64,000 nucleotides of DNA from Scyliorhinus canicula (lineage: Eukaryota), in contig NW_024055427.1 of assembly GCF_902713615.1 (NCBI RefSeq), positions 248,001 through 312,000 on the forward strand. The letters are read 5' to 3'. The position numbers and the translations under genes were made by a program. The notes below the pieces were generated by a model. The model was given only the letters and a program-made list of their open reading frames with translations. It did no database searches and had not been told where the DNA came from. Within the stretch, counting starts at the first letter, position 1; every line of letters starts with the position of its first letter. Below are positions 10,150 to 21,124 of the stretch, piece after piece.

Positions 10150-11010
10150 CCCCATATCTCCAAGCACACTCCCTCACACTCTATCGCTCCCTTCCATTCT
10201 CTCCCTCTCTCACACACTCTCTATCTCTCACATATTCTCCCTCGCTCACACTCTCTCCCTCGCTCACACTCTCCCTCTCACACACACTCTCTCCCTCTCT
10301 CTCTCTCACACCCTCCCTCCCTCTCACACACTCTCTCTCTCAAACACAGTCTCCCTCTCTCGCGCACTCTCTCCCCCTCTCACACTCCCTCTCGCGCACT
10401 CTCTCTCACTCTAATCCTCTCTCGCACTCTCTCCCCATTTTGCACTCGCTCTCTCTCTTGTGCTCTCTCCCTCTCTCACCCTCCCTCTGTCTCTCCCTGC
10501 ATGCCTCGCTCCCTCACACACTCTTTCCCTCCTTCACACTTTATCTCACACTCTTTCCCTCTCTCACACTTTACCTCTGTCGCACTCTTTACTTCTCTCC
10601 CACTTTCTCTCACACTCTTTCCCTCTCTCACACTTTTTCCCTCTCTCATTCTCTCACACTCTTTCCCTCTCTCACACGTTCTCTCACACTCTTTCCCTCT
10701 CCCACTCCCTCAGTCACTCACTCGCTCTCTCCTTTCCTTATGTCTGATATTATGTTAATATTTTATACACCATCCTTCTCACACAATCTGCCTCCATCAT
10801 CCACTCACCCACTCGGTCTCCACTCTCTGCTTCCCTTTCTCTCAGACAATCTACCTCCTTCTCTCGTTTTATTCTTTATTTCTCCCACCCTCTTTCTCTC
10901 CCATTCTATCTCCTCCCACCCTCTTTCTCTCTCACCCTGTCTTCTTGCAGCACATCGCACAGACTAGTTCTCTCTTCCTCCACATCTCACCCCGCCTCTC
11001 TCCCAGTTTA
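10150..11010. repeat. CT/CA-rich polypyrimidine low-complexity tract
   Basis: CTCTCTCACAC-type degenerate repeats; gives spurious S/L/H/P-rich ORFs. Confidence 0.9.
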
Positions 11011-11012
11011 AG

Positions 11013-11377
11013 TGAATGAAATTAATGAAAATCGCTTATTGTCACAAGTAGGCTTCAGTGAAGTTACTGTGAAAAGCCCCCACTCGCCACATTCCGGCGC
11101 CTGTTCAGGGAGGCTGGTTCGGGAATCGAACCGTGCTGTTGGCCTGTCTTGGTCTGCTTTAAAAGCCAGCAATTTAGCACTGTGTGCTAAACCAGCCCCT
11201 AATGAAATGAAAATCGCTTATTGCCACGAGTAGGTTTCAATGAAGTTACTGTGAAAAGCCCCTAGTCGCCACATTCCGGCACCTGTCCGGGGAGGCTGGT
11301 ACGGGAATGGAACCGAGCTGGTGGCCTGCTTGGTCTGCTTTCAAAGCCAGGAATTTAGCCCAGTGAGCTAAACCAGC
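11013..11377 (-). mobile_element. Two tandem copies of the tRNA-derived SINE
   Basis: Same sequence as 109-292, at 11013-11199 and 11201-11377. Confidence 0.85.
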
Positions 11378-12350
11378 AGTCTGGCCAGTCTGCCTATCAG
11401 ATGGACGGCCGGTATCAGTTAGAGAAGGGGTACAGTATTAGTTTTCACAGCTGTATATGTTTTAATGCTGCTCTCTGAGGTGCTGAGTTTGAATGTGCTG
11501 CAGCCTCTGAGTTTTCTGAGGTTCCAATAGTTCTAAAGATTTTCTTAGTTTGAGGGTCTGAATCAGATTTAGATATGGGATCACATACTTTGCGCTTAAA
11601 ACAGTTCCAGATTTTGGAGACATTGAAATTTGCTACTGAGGCTCAGACAGAACGTACTGATATCAAATCAAGGAATGGTCACAGATAGAGGCAGCTACAT
11701 CCCAGAGTGCAGTGAAACCACCCAGAGGAACACACTGCCAATTGGAACTGAATCACTGAATGGTCACAGATAGAGGCAGCTACATCCCAGAGTGCAGTGG
11801 ACCCACCCAGAGAAACACACTGACAATTGGAACTGAATCACCGAATGGTCACAGTTACAGAGGCAGCGACACCCCAGGGTGCAGTGGACCCACCCAGAGA
11901 AACACGCTGATAATTGCAACTGAATCACTGAATGGTCAGTTACAGAGGCAGCGACACCCCAGAATGCAGTGGACCCACCCAGAGACCCACTGACAATTGG
12001 AACTGAATCACTGAATGGCCACAGTTACAGAGACAGCTAAACCCCAGGGTGCAGTGGAACCAACCAGAGAAACACACTAACAATTGGAACTGAATCACTG
12101 AATGGTCACAGTTACAGAGACAGCTACACCACAGAGTGCAGTGGGCCCACCCAGAGAAACACGCTGACAATTGGAACTGAATCACTGAATGGTCACAGAT
12201 AGAGGCAGCTACACCCCAGAGTGCAGTGGACCCACCCAGAGAAACACACTGACAATTGCAACTGAATCACTGAATGGTCAGAGTTACAGAGGCAGCTACA
12301 CCCCAGAGTGCAGTGGACCCACCCAGAGAAACACTGACAATTGCAACTGA

Positions 12351-13999
12351 ATTGCTATTAGAATAGATAGCAACAATTGCTATTAGAATAGATGGCATTG
12401 AGGTGCGTAGGGAAGAAGTGTTGGCAATTCTGGACAAGGTGAAAATAGATAAGTCCCCGGGGCCGGATGGGATTTATCCTAGGATTCTCTGGGAAGCCAG
12501 GGAAGAGATTGCTGAGCCTTTGGCTTTGATTTTTAGGTCATCATTGGCTACAGGAATAGTGCCAGAGGACTGGAGGATAGCAAATGTGGTCCCTTTGTTC
12601 AAGAAGGGGAGTAGAGATAACCCCGGTAACTATAGGCCGGTGAGCCTAACGTCTGTGGTGGGTAAAGTCTTGGAGAGGATTATAAAAGATACGATTTATA
12701 ATCATCTAGATAGGAATAATATGATTAGGGACAGTCAGCATGGTTTTGTGAAGGGTAGGTCATGCCTCACAAACCTTATCGAGTTCTTTGAGAAGGTGAC
12801 TGAACAGGTAGACGAGGGTAGAGCAGTTGATGTGGTGTATATGGATTTCAGTAAAGCGTTTGATAAGGTTCCCCACGGTCGGCTATTGCAAAAAATACGA
12901 AGGCTGGGGATTGAGGGTGATTTAGAGATGTGGATCAGAAATTGGCTAGTTGAAAGAAGACAGAGAGTGGTGGTTGATGGGAAATGTTCAGAATGGAGTT
13001 CAGTTACGAGTGGCGTACCACAAGGATCTGTTCTGGGGCCGTTGCTGTTTGTCATTTTTATAAATGACCTAGAGGAGGGCGCAGAAGGATGGGTGAGTAA
13101 ATTTGCAGACGACACTAAAGTCGGTGGAGTTGTAGACAGTGCGGAAGGATGTTGCAGGTTACAGAGGGACATAGATAAGCTGCAGAGCTGGGCTGAGAGG
13201 TGGCAAATGGAGTTTAATGTGGAGAAGTGTGAGGTGATTCACTTTGGAAAGAATAACAGAAATGTGGAATATTTGGCTAATGGTAAAATTCTTGGCAGTG
13301 TGGATGAGCAGAGGGATCTCGGTGTCCATGTACATAGATCCCTGAAAGTTGCCACCCAGGTTGATAGGGTTGTGAAGAAGGCCTATGGTGTGTTGGCCTT
13401 TATTGGTAGAGGGATTGAGTTCCGGAGCCATGAGGTCATGTTGCAGTTGTACAAAACTCTAGTACGGCCGCATTTGGAGTATTGCGTACAGTTCTGGTCG
13501 CCTCATTATAGGAAGGACGTGGAAGCTTTGGAACGGGTGCAGAGGAGATTTACCAGGATGTTGCCTGGTATGGAGGGAAAATCTTATGAGGAAAGGCTGA
13601 TGGACTTGAGGTTGTTTTCGTTAGAGAGAAGAAGGTTAAGAGGTGACTTAATAGAGGCATACAAAATGATCAGAGGGTTAGATAGGGTGGACAGCGAGAG
13701 CCTTCTCCCGCGGATGGAGGTGGCTAGCACGAGGGGACATAGCCTTAAATTGAGGGGTAATAGATATAGGACAGAGGTCAGAGGTGGGTTTTTTACGCAA
13801 AGAGTGGTGAGGCCGTGGAATGCCCTACCTGCAACAGTAGTGAACCCGCCAACATTGAGGGCATTTAAAAATTTATTGGATAAGCATATGGATGATAAGG
13901 GCATAGTGTAGGTTAGATGGCCTTTAGATTTTTTTCCATGTCGGTGCAACATCGAGGGCCGAAGGGCCTGTACTGCGCTGTATCGTTCTATGTTCTATG
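12351..13999 (+). mobile_element. Young 5'-truncated CR1 LINE
   Basis: Uninterrupted RT ORF, CR1 3' UTR and (TTCTATG)n tail; short TGAAT duplication/microhomology at the junctions. Confidence 0.93.
12403..13911 (+). CDS. CR1 ORF2 reverse-transcriptase portion
   Basis: KSPGPDG, NYRPVSLTS, GVPQGSVLGP, KFADD and RPHLEYC motifs; 502 aa, no stops. Confidence 0.9.
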   Translation: MRREEVLAILDKVKIDKSPGPDGIYPRILWEAREEIAEPLALIFRSSLATGIVPEDWRIANVVPLFKKGSRDNPGNYRPVSLTSVVGKVLERIIKDTIYNHLDRNNMIRDSQHGFVKGRSCLTNLIEFFEKVTEQVDEGRAVDVVYMDFSKAFDKVPHGRLLQKIRRLGIEGDLEMWIRNWLVERRQRVVVDGKCSEWSSVTSGVPQGSVLGPLLFVIFINDLEEGAEGWVSKFADDTKVGGVVDSAEGCCRLQRDIDKLQSWAERWQMEFNVEKCEVIHFGKNNRNVEYLANGKILGSVDEQRDLGVHVHRSLKVATQVDRVVKKAYGVLAFIGRGIEFRSHEVMLQLYKTLVRPHLEYCVQFWSPHYRKDVEALERVQRRFTRMLPGMEGKSYEERLMDLRLFSLERRRLRGDLIEAYKMIRGLDRVDSESLLPRMEVASTRGHSLKLRGNRYRTEVRGGFFTQRVVRPWNALPATVVNPPTLRAFKNLLDKHMDDKGIV

Positions 14000-14534
14000 A
14001 ATCACTGAATGGTCACAGTTACAGAGGCAGCTACATCCCAGAGTGCAGTGGAACCACCCAGAGAAACACATTGACAATTGGAACTGAATCACTGAATGGT
14101 CACAGTTACAGAGGCAGCTACACCCCAGAGTGCAGTGGAACCACCCAGAGAAACACACTGACAATTGGAACCGAATCACTGAATGGTCACAGTTACAGAG
14201 GCAGCTACATCCCAGAGTGCAGTGAAAGGACCCAGAGAAACACACTGACAATTGAAACTGAATCACTGAATGGTCACAGTGGTGTGAGGGTTATCACTGT
14301 AACAATCTGAGATCTAGAGATGGGACTGATGTTGTCTGAGTGGACAGCATCCTTTCTGTTAATGTTAGCTGAACAATGTGATCAACACAGTTCAGTGTTT
14401 GGAAAGTGGTCACTCACTCAAAAGAAAATATTTTATTTCACTGAACACAATATCGTAATCTGTTTGTTCATATATTTCTAATAATAACGTGTACGATTTC
14501 ACAACCTCAATATCCCTGAGGTGGTTCTCCAGGG

Positions 14535-14540
14535 TATAAA
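14535..14540 (+). promoter_or_regulatory. Candidate TATA box of the GPCR gene
   Basis: GGGTATAAAT about 75 bp upstream of the exon-1 ATG. Confidence 0.45.
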
Positions 14541-14612
14541 TTAAATGCTTTGGGAACATAGAACCTCAGAGACTGACGCCAGCACGAAAGGACACATCAC
14601 TTCACACTGAAA

Positions 14613-14679
14613 ATGCATGATCCAATTGATATTGCTGAGAAAATATTCTACACAATCGTTGCTATTGTCGGTGTTCCTG
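14613..14679 (+). CDS. GPR139-like orphan GPCR, exon 1
   Basis: MHDPIDIAEKIFYTIVAIVGVP + G, phase-1 donor GTGACT at 14680; joins exon 2 to give the TM1 GVPVN motif. Confidence 0.75.
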
Positions 14680-15307
14680 GTGACTATCACCATTGAACTT
14701 GTGTAAATCTGTGTGTGAGCGGCTCTCTGATTTGAAACTCTGAGTGAAAATTTTAAATCCTGATCTCGTGCTCACTGTTATACAGACACCTGATCAACTA
14801 TATCATTGTCAAATGTCTTTAAGCGTGTCAATGGTTTGAATCCCTTCCATCAAATCACAATAAACCTCTGTTTGTTACTCACTGGATCTCTGACCGGTGA
14901 AGTTATTATATTGAGTGGCATCTTGTATAATGTTAGATTGGATCTCAGTGAAAGCAATTTCTCTGAAGGGAGGTTTAGGAGGAGAAAGAATTAAAGCACA
15001 CTGATGTTTGGGTCACTAACCAGACTGGAATATCTAACAGCGGTGAACAAGGATTACTGGAAGTATCTCAGTGTAGAATTGTACTGAGTGTGGGTCTCTA
15101 ACCAGAGTGGAATATCTGATCTAATTATCTCTCTATTACTGGGGCTATCTGTCCATGTGGAATTGTATTGTTTGTGGGTCAGTAACTGGACTGACATTAG
15201 TTGGTTCTATTTTAAAATGATGTATTTTATTGGTGAGTTGTCGCTCCATTCTGTGGAGTTCTCTCTGTGAGTTTTAACTTTGGAATAGGTTGAAAACAGG
15301 AAGAGTT

Positions 15308-15527
15308 TGAAAATGAAAATTGCTTATTGTCACGAGTAGGCTTCAATGAAGTCACTGTGAAAAGCCCCTAGTCGCCACATCCCGGCGCCTGTCCGGGGAG
15401 GCTGGTATGGGAATCGAACCGTGCTGCTGGCCTGCCTAGGTCTGCTTTAAAAGCCAGCGATTTAGCCCAGTGAGCTAAACCAGCTCCCAGTGAGCTGAAC
15501 CAGCCCCTGGTGAGCTAAACCAGCCCC
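15308..15527 (-). mobile_element. tRNA-derived SINE with triplicated head end
   Basis: Matches 109-292; GTGAGCTAAACCAGC repeated three times at 15470-15527. Confidence 0.85.
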
Positions 15528-16619
15528 TGTTTGGCTGAGTTTTGAAGATGTTTGATATTTATTGAAAGAAGTGAAATGTCTCTATCTCTGTTTTCTATTG
15601 ACCTACTCCAACAGGATCAAAGATGACCCACACTCCAATATTTCATAAAACCCACAACAGTGCAGTATTCCAATAGCTTTTGTGATTATTTTCTCATTTC
15701 TATTCATTCTGAAATGAACTCACATGTTTGATCAATTGTTGTGGATGTTTTTAAACTGTGTTTCTGCTTCACACGATTTGTGAATCTATTCACCTGAACC
15801 CAGAAACCCCTCCAGTCCATTCACACACTTGTTTTCCAAGGAGTGATTGCGGGACTTATTGTTCTGATCAAAATGCAGCAGCAGACACTGATCTGTCGGG
15901 AAATTAATTTCCCATTGAAATACCCACTTTGCAAATTCATAATTACTGATAATGTGTTCCTGTAATTAGTTGTATTCTTCCTCTGTATTCACTATCACTC
16001 TCAATTTGATTTTGTCTGTAAATTGTGTAATTATCGTTCTGCTTCCCGATTCCATACTGATGATGGGAATGGGGAAGGAGAGTGATCCCAGTGCTGATCC
16101 TTGTGGAACACCACTTCCCACCTTCCACCAATCAGCCTAAATCCCTTTAACACCTCTCCCTGTTTTGTGTGTGTGTCGCCAGCATGTGTCCATTCTGCTG
16201 CTGTGTCCCCGAACTCCACTGTCTCTGAGATTACTCATCAGTCTGTTATGTCGGATTTTACTGACGGCCTTTAGAACGTAAAATTGTTTAACATCTATTA
16301 TACTACTCAGATCTATTATTTCTGATAGTTATTGCAATAATTGGATGAAATGTGTCAGGAATGATGTTGACTTTGGAATATGTGCCGACTATTTAGTAGA
16401 CCCTGTGTTACTGGTTTTCTTTTAAGTCATACGACGAATTCCACTTTTCCTACTGTTGACATTGTGACTGGAAGATTTTATTATATTCTGTTCTAAATTC
16501 AAGAATAAGAGACCGACTTCTGCTTTTCAATTCTTTGGTCGTTATTCTGATGGTGATCAGTAAGTAGATAATATTGTCTCTGCTGTTTCTCACTGTCTAT
16601 TTTATGAAAATTTGGTGCT

Positions 16620-17170
16620 GAAATCCATCTGCCTCCAGTAATCTCCCTCTACCTGGACCCCACCCTCTGGCCTCCTATCAGCTCTTGATCTTTTCATTGA
16701 GATCTGTCAGTGTGACATCGACCGTCTCAATTTCTCTGTGCCTCTCACCATCTGTATCCTGACTCACTCTAAACTTGCTCCAAACCTCTCTCTAATATCC
16801 AACCCTGACCTGGTGACCTGACCTACCCACAAGGGTGGTGCCATTATTGTCTGGTGTACTGACTCATTCCTCACAGAGACTGACCGTCAACTCTCAGGCC
16901 CATCCTGCTACCTCCTCCTGGACCAGCAGCACACCACCAAACATCATGATATTGTTCCCAGGACACTCACTGGCCTCATTGGCTCTGGATATCCTCTGAC
17001 CACAGCCTCGGACATCATCGTCCCACAACCCCACACATCCTGCATCAACCTCCCGCTTCTACCTCCTTCCCAAAATCCACAAACAGGAAAGTCCCAGTAG
17101 ACCCATTACTTCGGCCTGTCCCAGCCCCAGCAAGGTCATTTCTTCCTCTGTTAATTCCATCCGCTTAATC
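16620..17170 (+). mobile_element. Degenerate Penelope-like RT fragment
   Basis: Broken frame retains (D)KGGAIIV and FYLLPKIHK...RPI motifs. Confidence 0.7.
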
Positions 17171-17196
17171 CTGTTCTGTCCTTTCCTAATGACATT

Positions 17197-18500
17197 GGTG
17201 GCACAGTGATGCAGTGGTTGGCACTGCTGCCTCACAGCACCAGGTTCCCCGAATCAATTCCTACCTTTGGTGACTGTCTGTGAAGAGACTGCAGTTTTCT
17301 CCCACAGTCCAAAGATGTGCAGGTTAGGTGGATTGGCCATGATAAATTGTGTTTAGTTTCCAATGTTGCACATTTTACTTGAGTGTATTACGCGTTTATT
17401 GGAGTGTATTAACACGCCTCCGTTTAAAGGCCGTGTGCTTAACACTGCTACAGCTCTGTGTGTGTATTTTCAGCTCGGAGTCGCCAGGTGCCGTATATAG
17501 ACACTTCACAAGTATTTCAAGGTCAGGTTCAACGTAATAAAACTATACACCGATCAGTAAGTTCAAACGATCAATATTTATTATACAAATATAATAAATA
17601 CGCATGCACACGCTAAAGACTAATACTTATTTCTACTATTAAACGACTAAATACTTATCTAAGTAGGAACTAGCAAGGTCAGGGGACAAGGCCTTTGTTC
17701 CTTTCTGGGCTGCACCTTCTGTTCACTAATAGCCGAATACTGTATAAGTAATGCCGGGTTCACGTAGCGAGCGTCGTTTTGGCACTTACTGAACGATGGC
17801 TGGTGCTCAACGGCTGGTGATGGGAGACAGGATCAACGGCTGGAGTCGGAGTCAGGATACAACAGCAGATCTGGGCCGGAGTCAAAACAGCAGTCCAAGC
17901 CGGAGCACAAAAACAGACAGAACCATGTGCGGGGTCTATCTTTATAGGGCCCCCAATGTCCGTGCCTTTTCGGGGCGGGCCTTTACCTGCCATGTATCGA
18001 TTGGATCATTTCCCAATCGATGTCTTACAAATCCCCCAAACTGAGGGTCTCTTCTCGATGGGTGGGGCGGTCTCTAGGGTCTTTTGTGATGGATACTTCT
18101 GGTGCCGTTTCGTCTGGGCGTCCACTCAAAGTATCCATTCAAACCCAAATGTTGCTATTGTGTGTGCCCAGATCTGGATTGCCTCATTACTATGCAAAGC
18201 GTTTTGCTATTTACACCTTTGGTTGAGATCTTCCACCTGGCCATAAACCAGTTTTGCTACGTGCAGAATGCTAATTAGCCTTTGCAGACTGCTTGTCCTG
18301 GCTAAACTGTTTTCTCCCTACAGTCTTAGCAGTTCTCCATTTTGTTAGCCCAGTGTCCATCTTAGGTGGCTACACCAAACAATTTAGATGGGGTCACTGG
18401 GTTATGTGGATGGGGTGGTCTTAACTGGTGTTTACTTTCCAAGGGCCGGTGCAGACTCGATGGGCTGAATGGCCTCCTTTTGCACTAGACATTCTATATT
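17197..18500 (+). mobile_element. HE1-type SINE split by a solo LTR
   Basis: SINE head and core at 17197-17363; continuation (TTTAGATGGGGTCACTGGGTT...) from 18375. Confidence 0.75.
17364..18374 (-). mobile_element. Solo LTR, 1011 bp
   Basis: TGTTGC...GCTACA termini (5/6 inverted), 4-bp target duplication CCAA at 17360-17363 and 18375-18378; minus-strand TATA-like CCTATAAAG and AATAAA signals. Confidence 0.82.
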
Positions 18501-19018
18501 TCTATTCCTCCCATGATTATGAAGTGGGAAGGTCCTGCGTTTGTTTTATTTTTCCATTGATCGTGGATGATTCAGATAAACCAGGAGTGGAGTCCAACTC
18601 CATCAGAAACCCAGTCCAGAGAACGGTCGAATCCTGGGTGTGGTCCAATAATTGAGCAGGGATGACAATCTCTGGTATGTTTGTATCCGGTTTGGGAAAC
18701 CTGGCCGGCCTGAGTGAATCCTGTAAATCAGACTAAATGAGAAATGTAACCTCTCCCAAAGGTATCTGAATTATAAACATTTTCCAACCAATGCCATCAA
18801 ACTGACAGGGCTGCAATCCACACTTTCCCCGCATTCCCCATCTTTAACACTGGAGTTATATTTGCTACTTCCCTCTCTGCAATGTTAATCTCTGTGCCCA
18901 CTCCTGTCCCAACACCCCCACCCACCCACTGTCGAGAATATTGATGCTGAGATTATGTTCAGACAGGGAGATTGATTATCCCGTAATTTCCCGCGTCTCT
19001 CCTTTCTCTCTCTGACAG

Positions 19019-19920
19019 TTAATTTACTGGGAATTGTAATTCTGTGTCGGGGGAAGTGTGGTCTCTCTACCTGCACCACTCGCTACCTGGTGGCCATGGC
19101 AACGGCGGATCTGCTGTTTATTATCACTAAACCCATACTGAACATGATCGATGATTATTATTTCCCCCTGAATTTCCTGTCGCTCACCCCTGTGTGCCGT
19201 GTTAACGCTGTCCTGATGACTGCAGCCAGGGACTGTTCTGTCTGGTTCACTCTCACTTTCTCCTTTGATCGATTTGTGGCCATTCGCTGCCAGAAACTGA
19301 AAACTAAATATTGCACCAGGAAAACTGCGGCTGTGGTTCTGTCAACAACCGGCCTCCTGCTCTGTGGGAAAAACATCCCCTGGTACTTTATATATAAACC
19401 TGGACGGATAATCGACAATGTCCAGTGGGGCTGTCGGATAAAGAGCAGCTATTGGACTGACACGGGATGGGTTGGATATAACTGGTTTGATCAGGTGTTA
19501 ACCCCATTGATCCCGTTCTTCTCAATCCTGTTGACCAACGCCCTGACAGTCAGACACATTTTACTCACCAGTCGGGTCCGGAAGACACTGAGGGCTCAGA
19601 ATCAGGGAGACAATCGCACAGACCCAGAGATGGAGAGCAGAAGGAAGTCAATGATTATACTCTTCAGCATCTCCGGAACTTTCATTCTCCTCTGGACCGT
19701 GTCTGTTATTACATTTTTCTTTTTGGATTTGTCATATCTTGATTACCTCACCGATCCTCAATATAATTTACAACAAGTCGGATTTATGCTGCAGGATTTA
19801 AATTGCTGCACAAACACATTTATTTATGTGGTGACTCAGTCCAGGTTCAGGGAGCAGATCAAGATCACGGTGAAATATCCGGTTACATCAATTATTAAAT
19901 TAATGAGTAAATTAAACTGA
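19019..19920 (+). CDS. GPR139-like orphan class A GPCR, exon 2 (spliced product ~322 aa)
   Basis: Acceptor TCTCTCTCTGACAG; NLLGIVILCRGKCGLSTCTTRYLVAMATADLL, DRF motif, TM7 NCCTNTFIY; open to TGA. Confidence 0.88.
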
Positions 19921-20170
19921 CTGACAGCCTCTCAGCCAACCAGCAGCTCCAGCCGCTGACTGACAGTCTCTCAGCCAATGGGCAGCTCCAGCTGCTGACT
20001 GATAGCCTCTCATCCAATCAGCAGCTCCAGCCGCTGGCTGACAGCCTCTCAGCCAATCAACTGTGGGGGAGCACTGACAGTGGTGGCTGTGGGGGAGCAC
20101 TGTCAGTGCTGGCTGTGGGAGGGACTGGCTGTGCTGGCTGTGGGGGGCACCGGCAGTGCTGACTGTGGGG
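19918..20170. repeat. ~38-bp and short TGTGGGGG tandem repeats after the GPCR stop
   Basis: CTGACAGCCTCTCAGCCAATCAGCAGCTCCAGCCG repeated about 4 times, then GGCTGTGGGGG units. Confidence 0.75.
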
Positions 20171-20199
20171 GAGGAGCACCTTGCCCAATCGACCCAATC

Positions 20200-20570
20200 T
20201 CTCGTCCCAGGATATTTCAGCAACCTCGCTATCAGCCGGTTGACCCTCCGCTGCTCTCCCTCTCTGGCAAATATATCCTTTCTCAGTTAGGGAGACCAAA
20301 ATCTGTAAATAGTACTCAAGGTGTTGTCTCACCAAGGCCTTGTATAACTGCAGTAAGACAACTCCCCTTCTGAACTCAAATCCCTCTTGCATTGAAGGCC
20401 AACATATCATTGGCCTTCTGAACTGCTTGCTGCACCCCCCCCCCCACTCTCCACTTTCACTGACTGGTGTACGAGGTCACCCCGATCAGTCTGTCCCTCC
20501 ACATATCCCAACATCTCACTGTTTAAATACCACTCTTTCCTTCAGTATATTTTACACCAACCTGTACAAC
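20200..20570 (-). mobile_element. Old CR1 fragment
   Basis: ORF 20057-20410 contains GFEFRRGVVLLQLYKALVRQHLEY. Confidence 0.75.
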
Positions 20571-20651
20571 TGACAGGAATATCTCAGTGTGGGTGACACG
20601 GGGCACACTGGTTAGCACAGCTGCCTACGGCATTGAGGACACAAGGGCCAA

Positions 20652-21058
20652 TCCGTGAACTGTCATAAAATGACCGCTGTGAACTGTCATAAAATGGCCA
20701 CTGTGAACTGACACAAAATGGCCGCCGTGAAGTGACCTAAAATGGCCACCGTAAACTGACCTAAAATGGCCACCAAGAACCGACAAAAAGTGGCCAACGT
20801 GACCTGACATAAAACGGCCGCAGTGAACTGACATAAAATGGCCGCCATTAATTAACATAAAATGGCTGCCGTGAACTGTCATAAAATGGCCACTGTGACC
20901 TGACATAAAATGGCCACCATTAATTAACATAAAATGGCCACCGTGAACTGACATAAAATGGCCACTGTGAACTGACATAAAATGGCCACCATGAACTGAC
21001 TTAAAATGGCCGCCGTGAATTGACATAAAATAGCCGCCGTGAACTGGCACAAAATGGT
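20652..21058. repeat. 24-bp minisatellite
   Basis: GTGAACTGACATAAAATGGCCACC repeated about 16 times; 8-aa periodicity GGHFMSVH. Confidence 0.9.
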
Positions 21059-21124
21059 GGGAAACAAGGAGAAGGGTGGATCACACCCCAGATTGTCCAG
21101 GAAGGGCATCACGGAGGGTCTGCG

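Larger units (their letters stand above)
11674..14280. repeat. 85-87-bp tandem repeat split by a CR1 insertion
   Basis: Unit AATGGTCACAGTTACAGAGGCAGCTACACCCCAGAGTGCAGTGG...GAACTGAATCACTG at 11674-12350 and 14000-14280; 29-aa periodicity in ORF 13990-14310. Confidence 0.92.

Noticed and set aside
10092-10967. 291-aa S/L/H/P-rich ORF
   Set aside because: Translation of the CT microsatellite
20625-21050. His/Met-rich GGHFMSVH repeat protein
   Set aside because: Product of a 24-bp minisatellite; no promoter, splice or domain support
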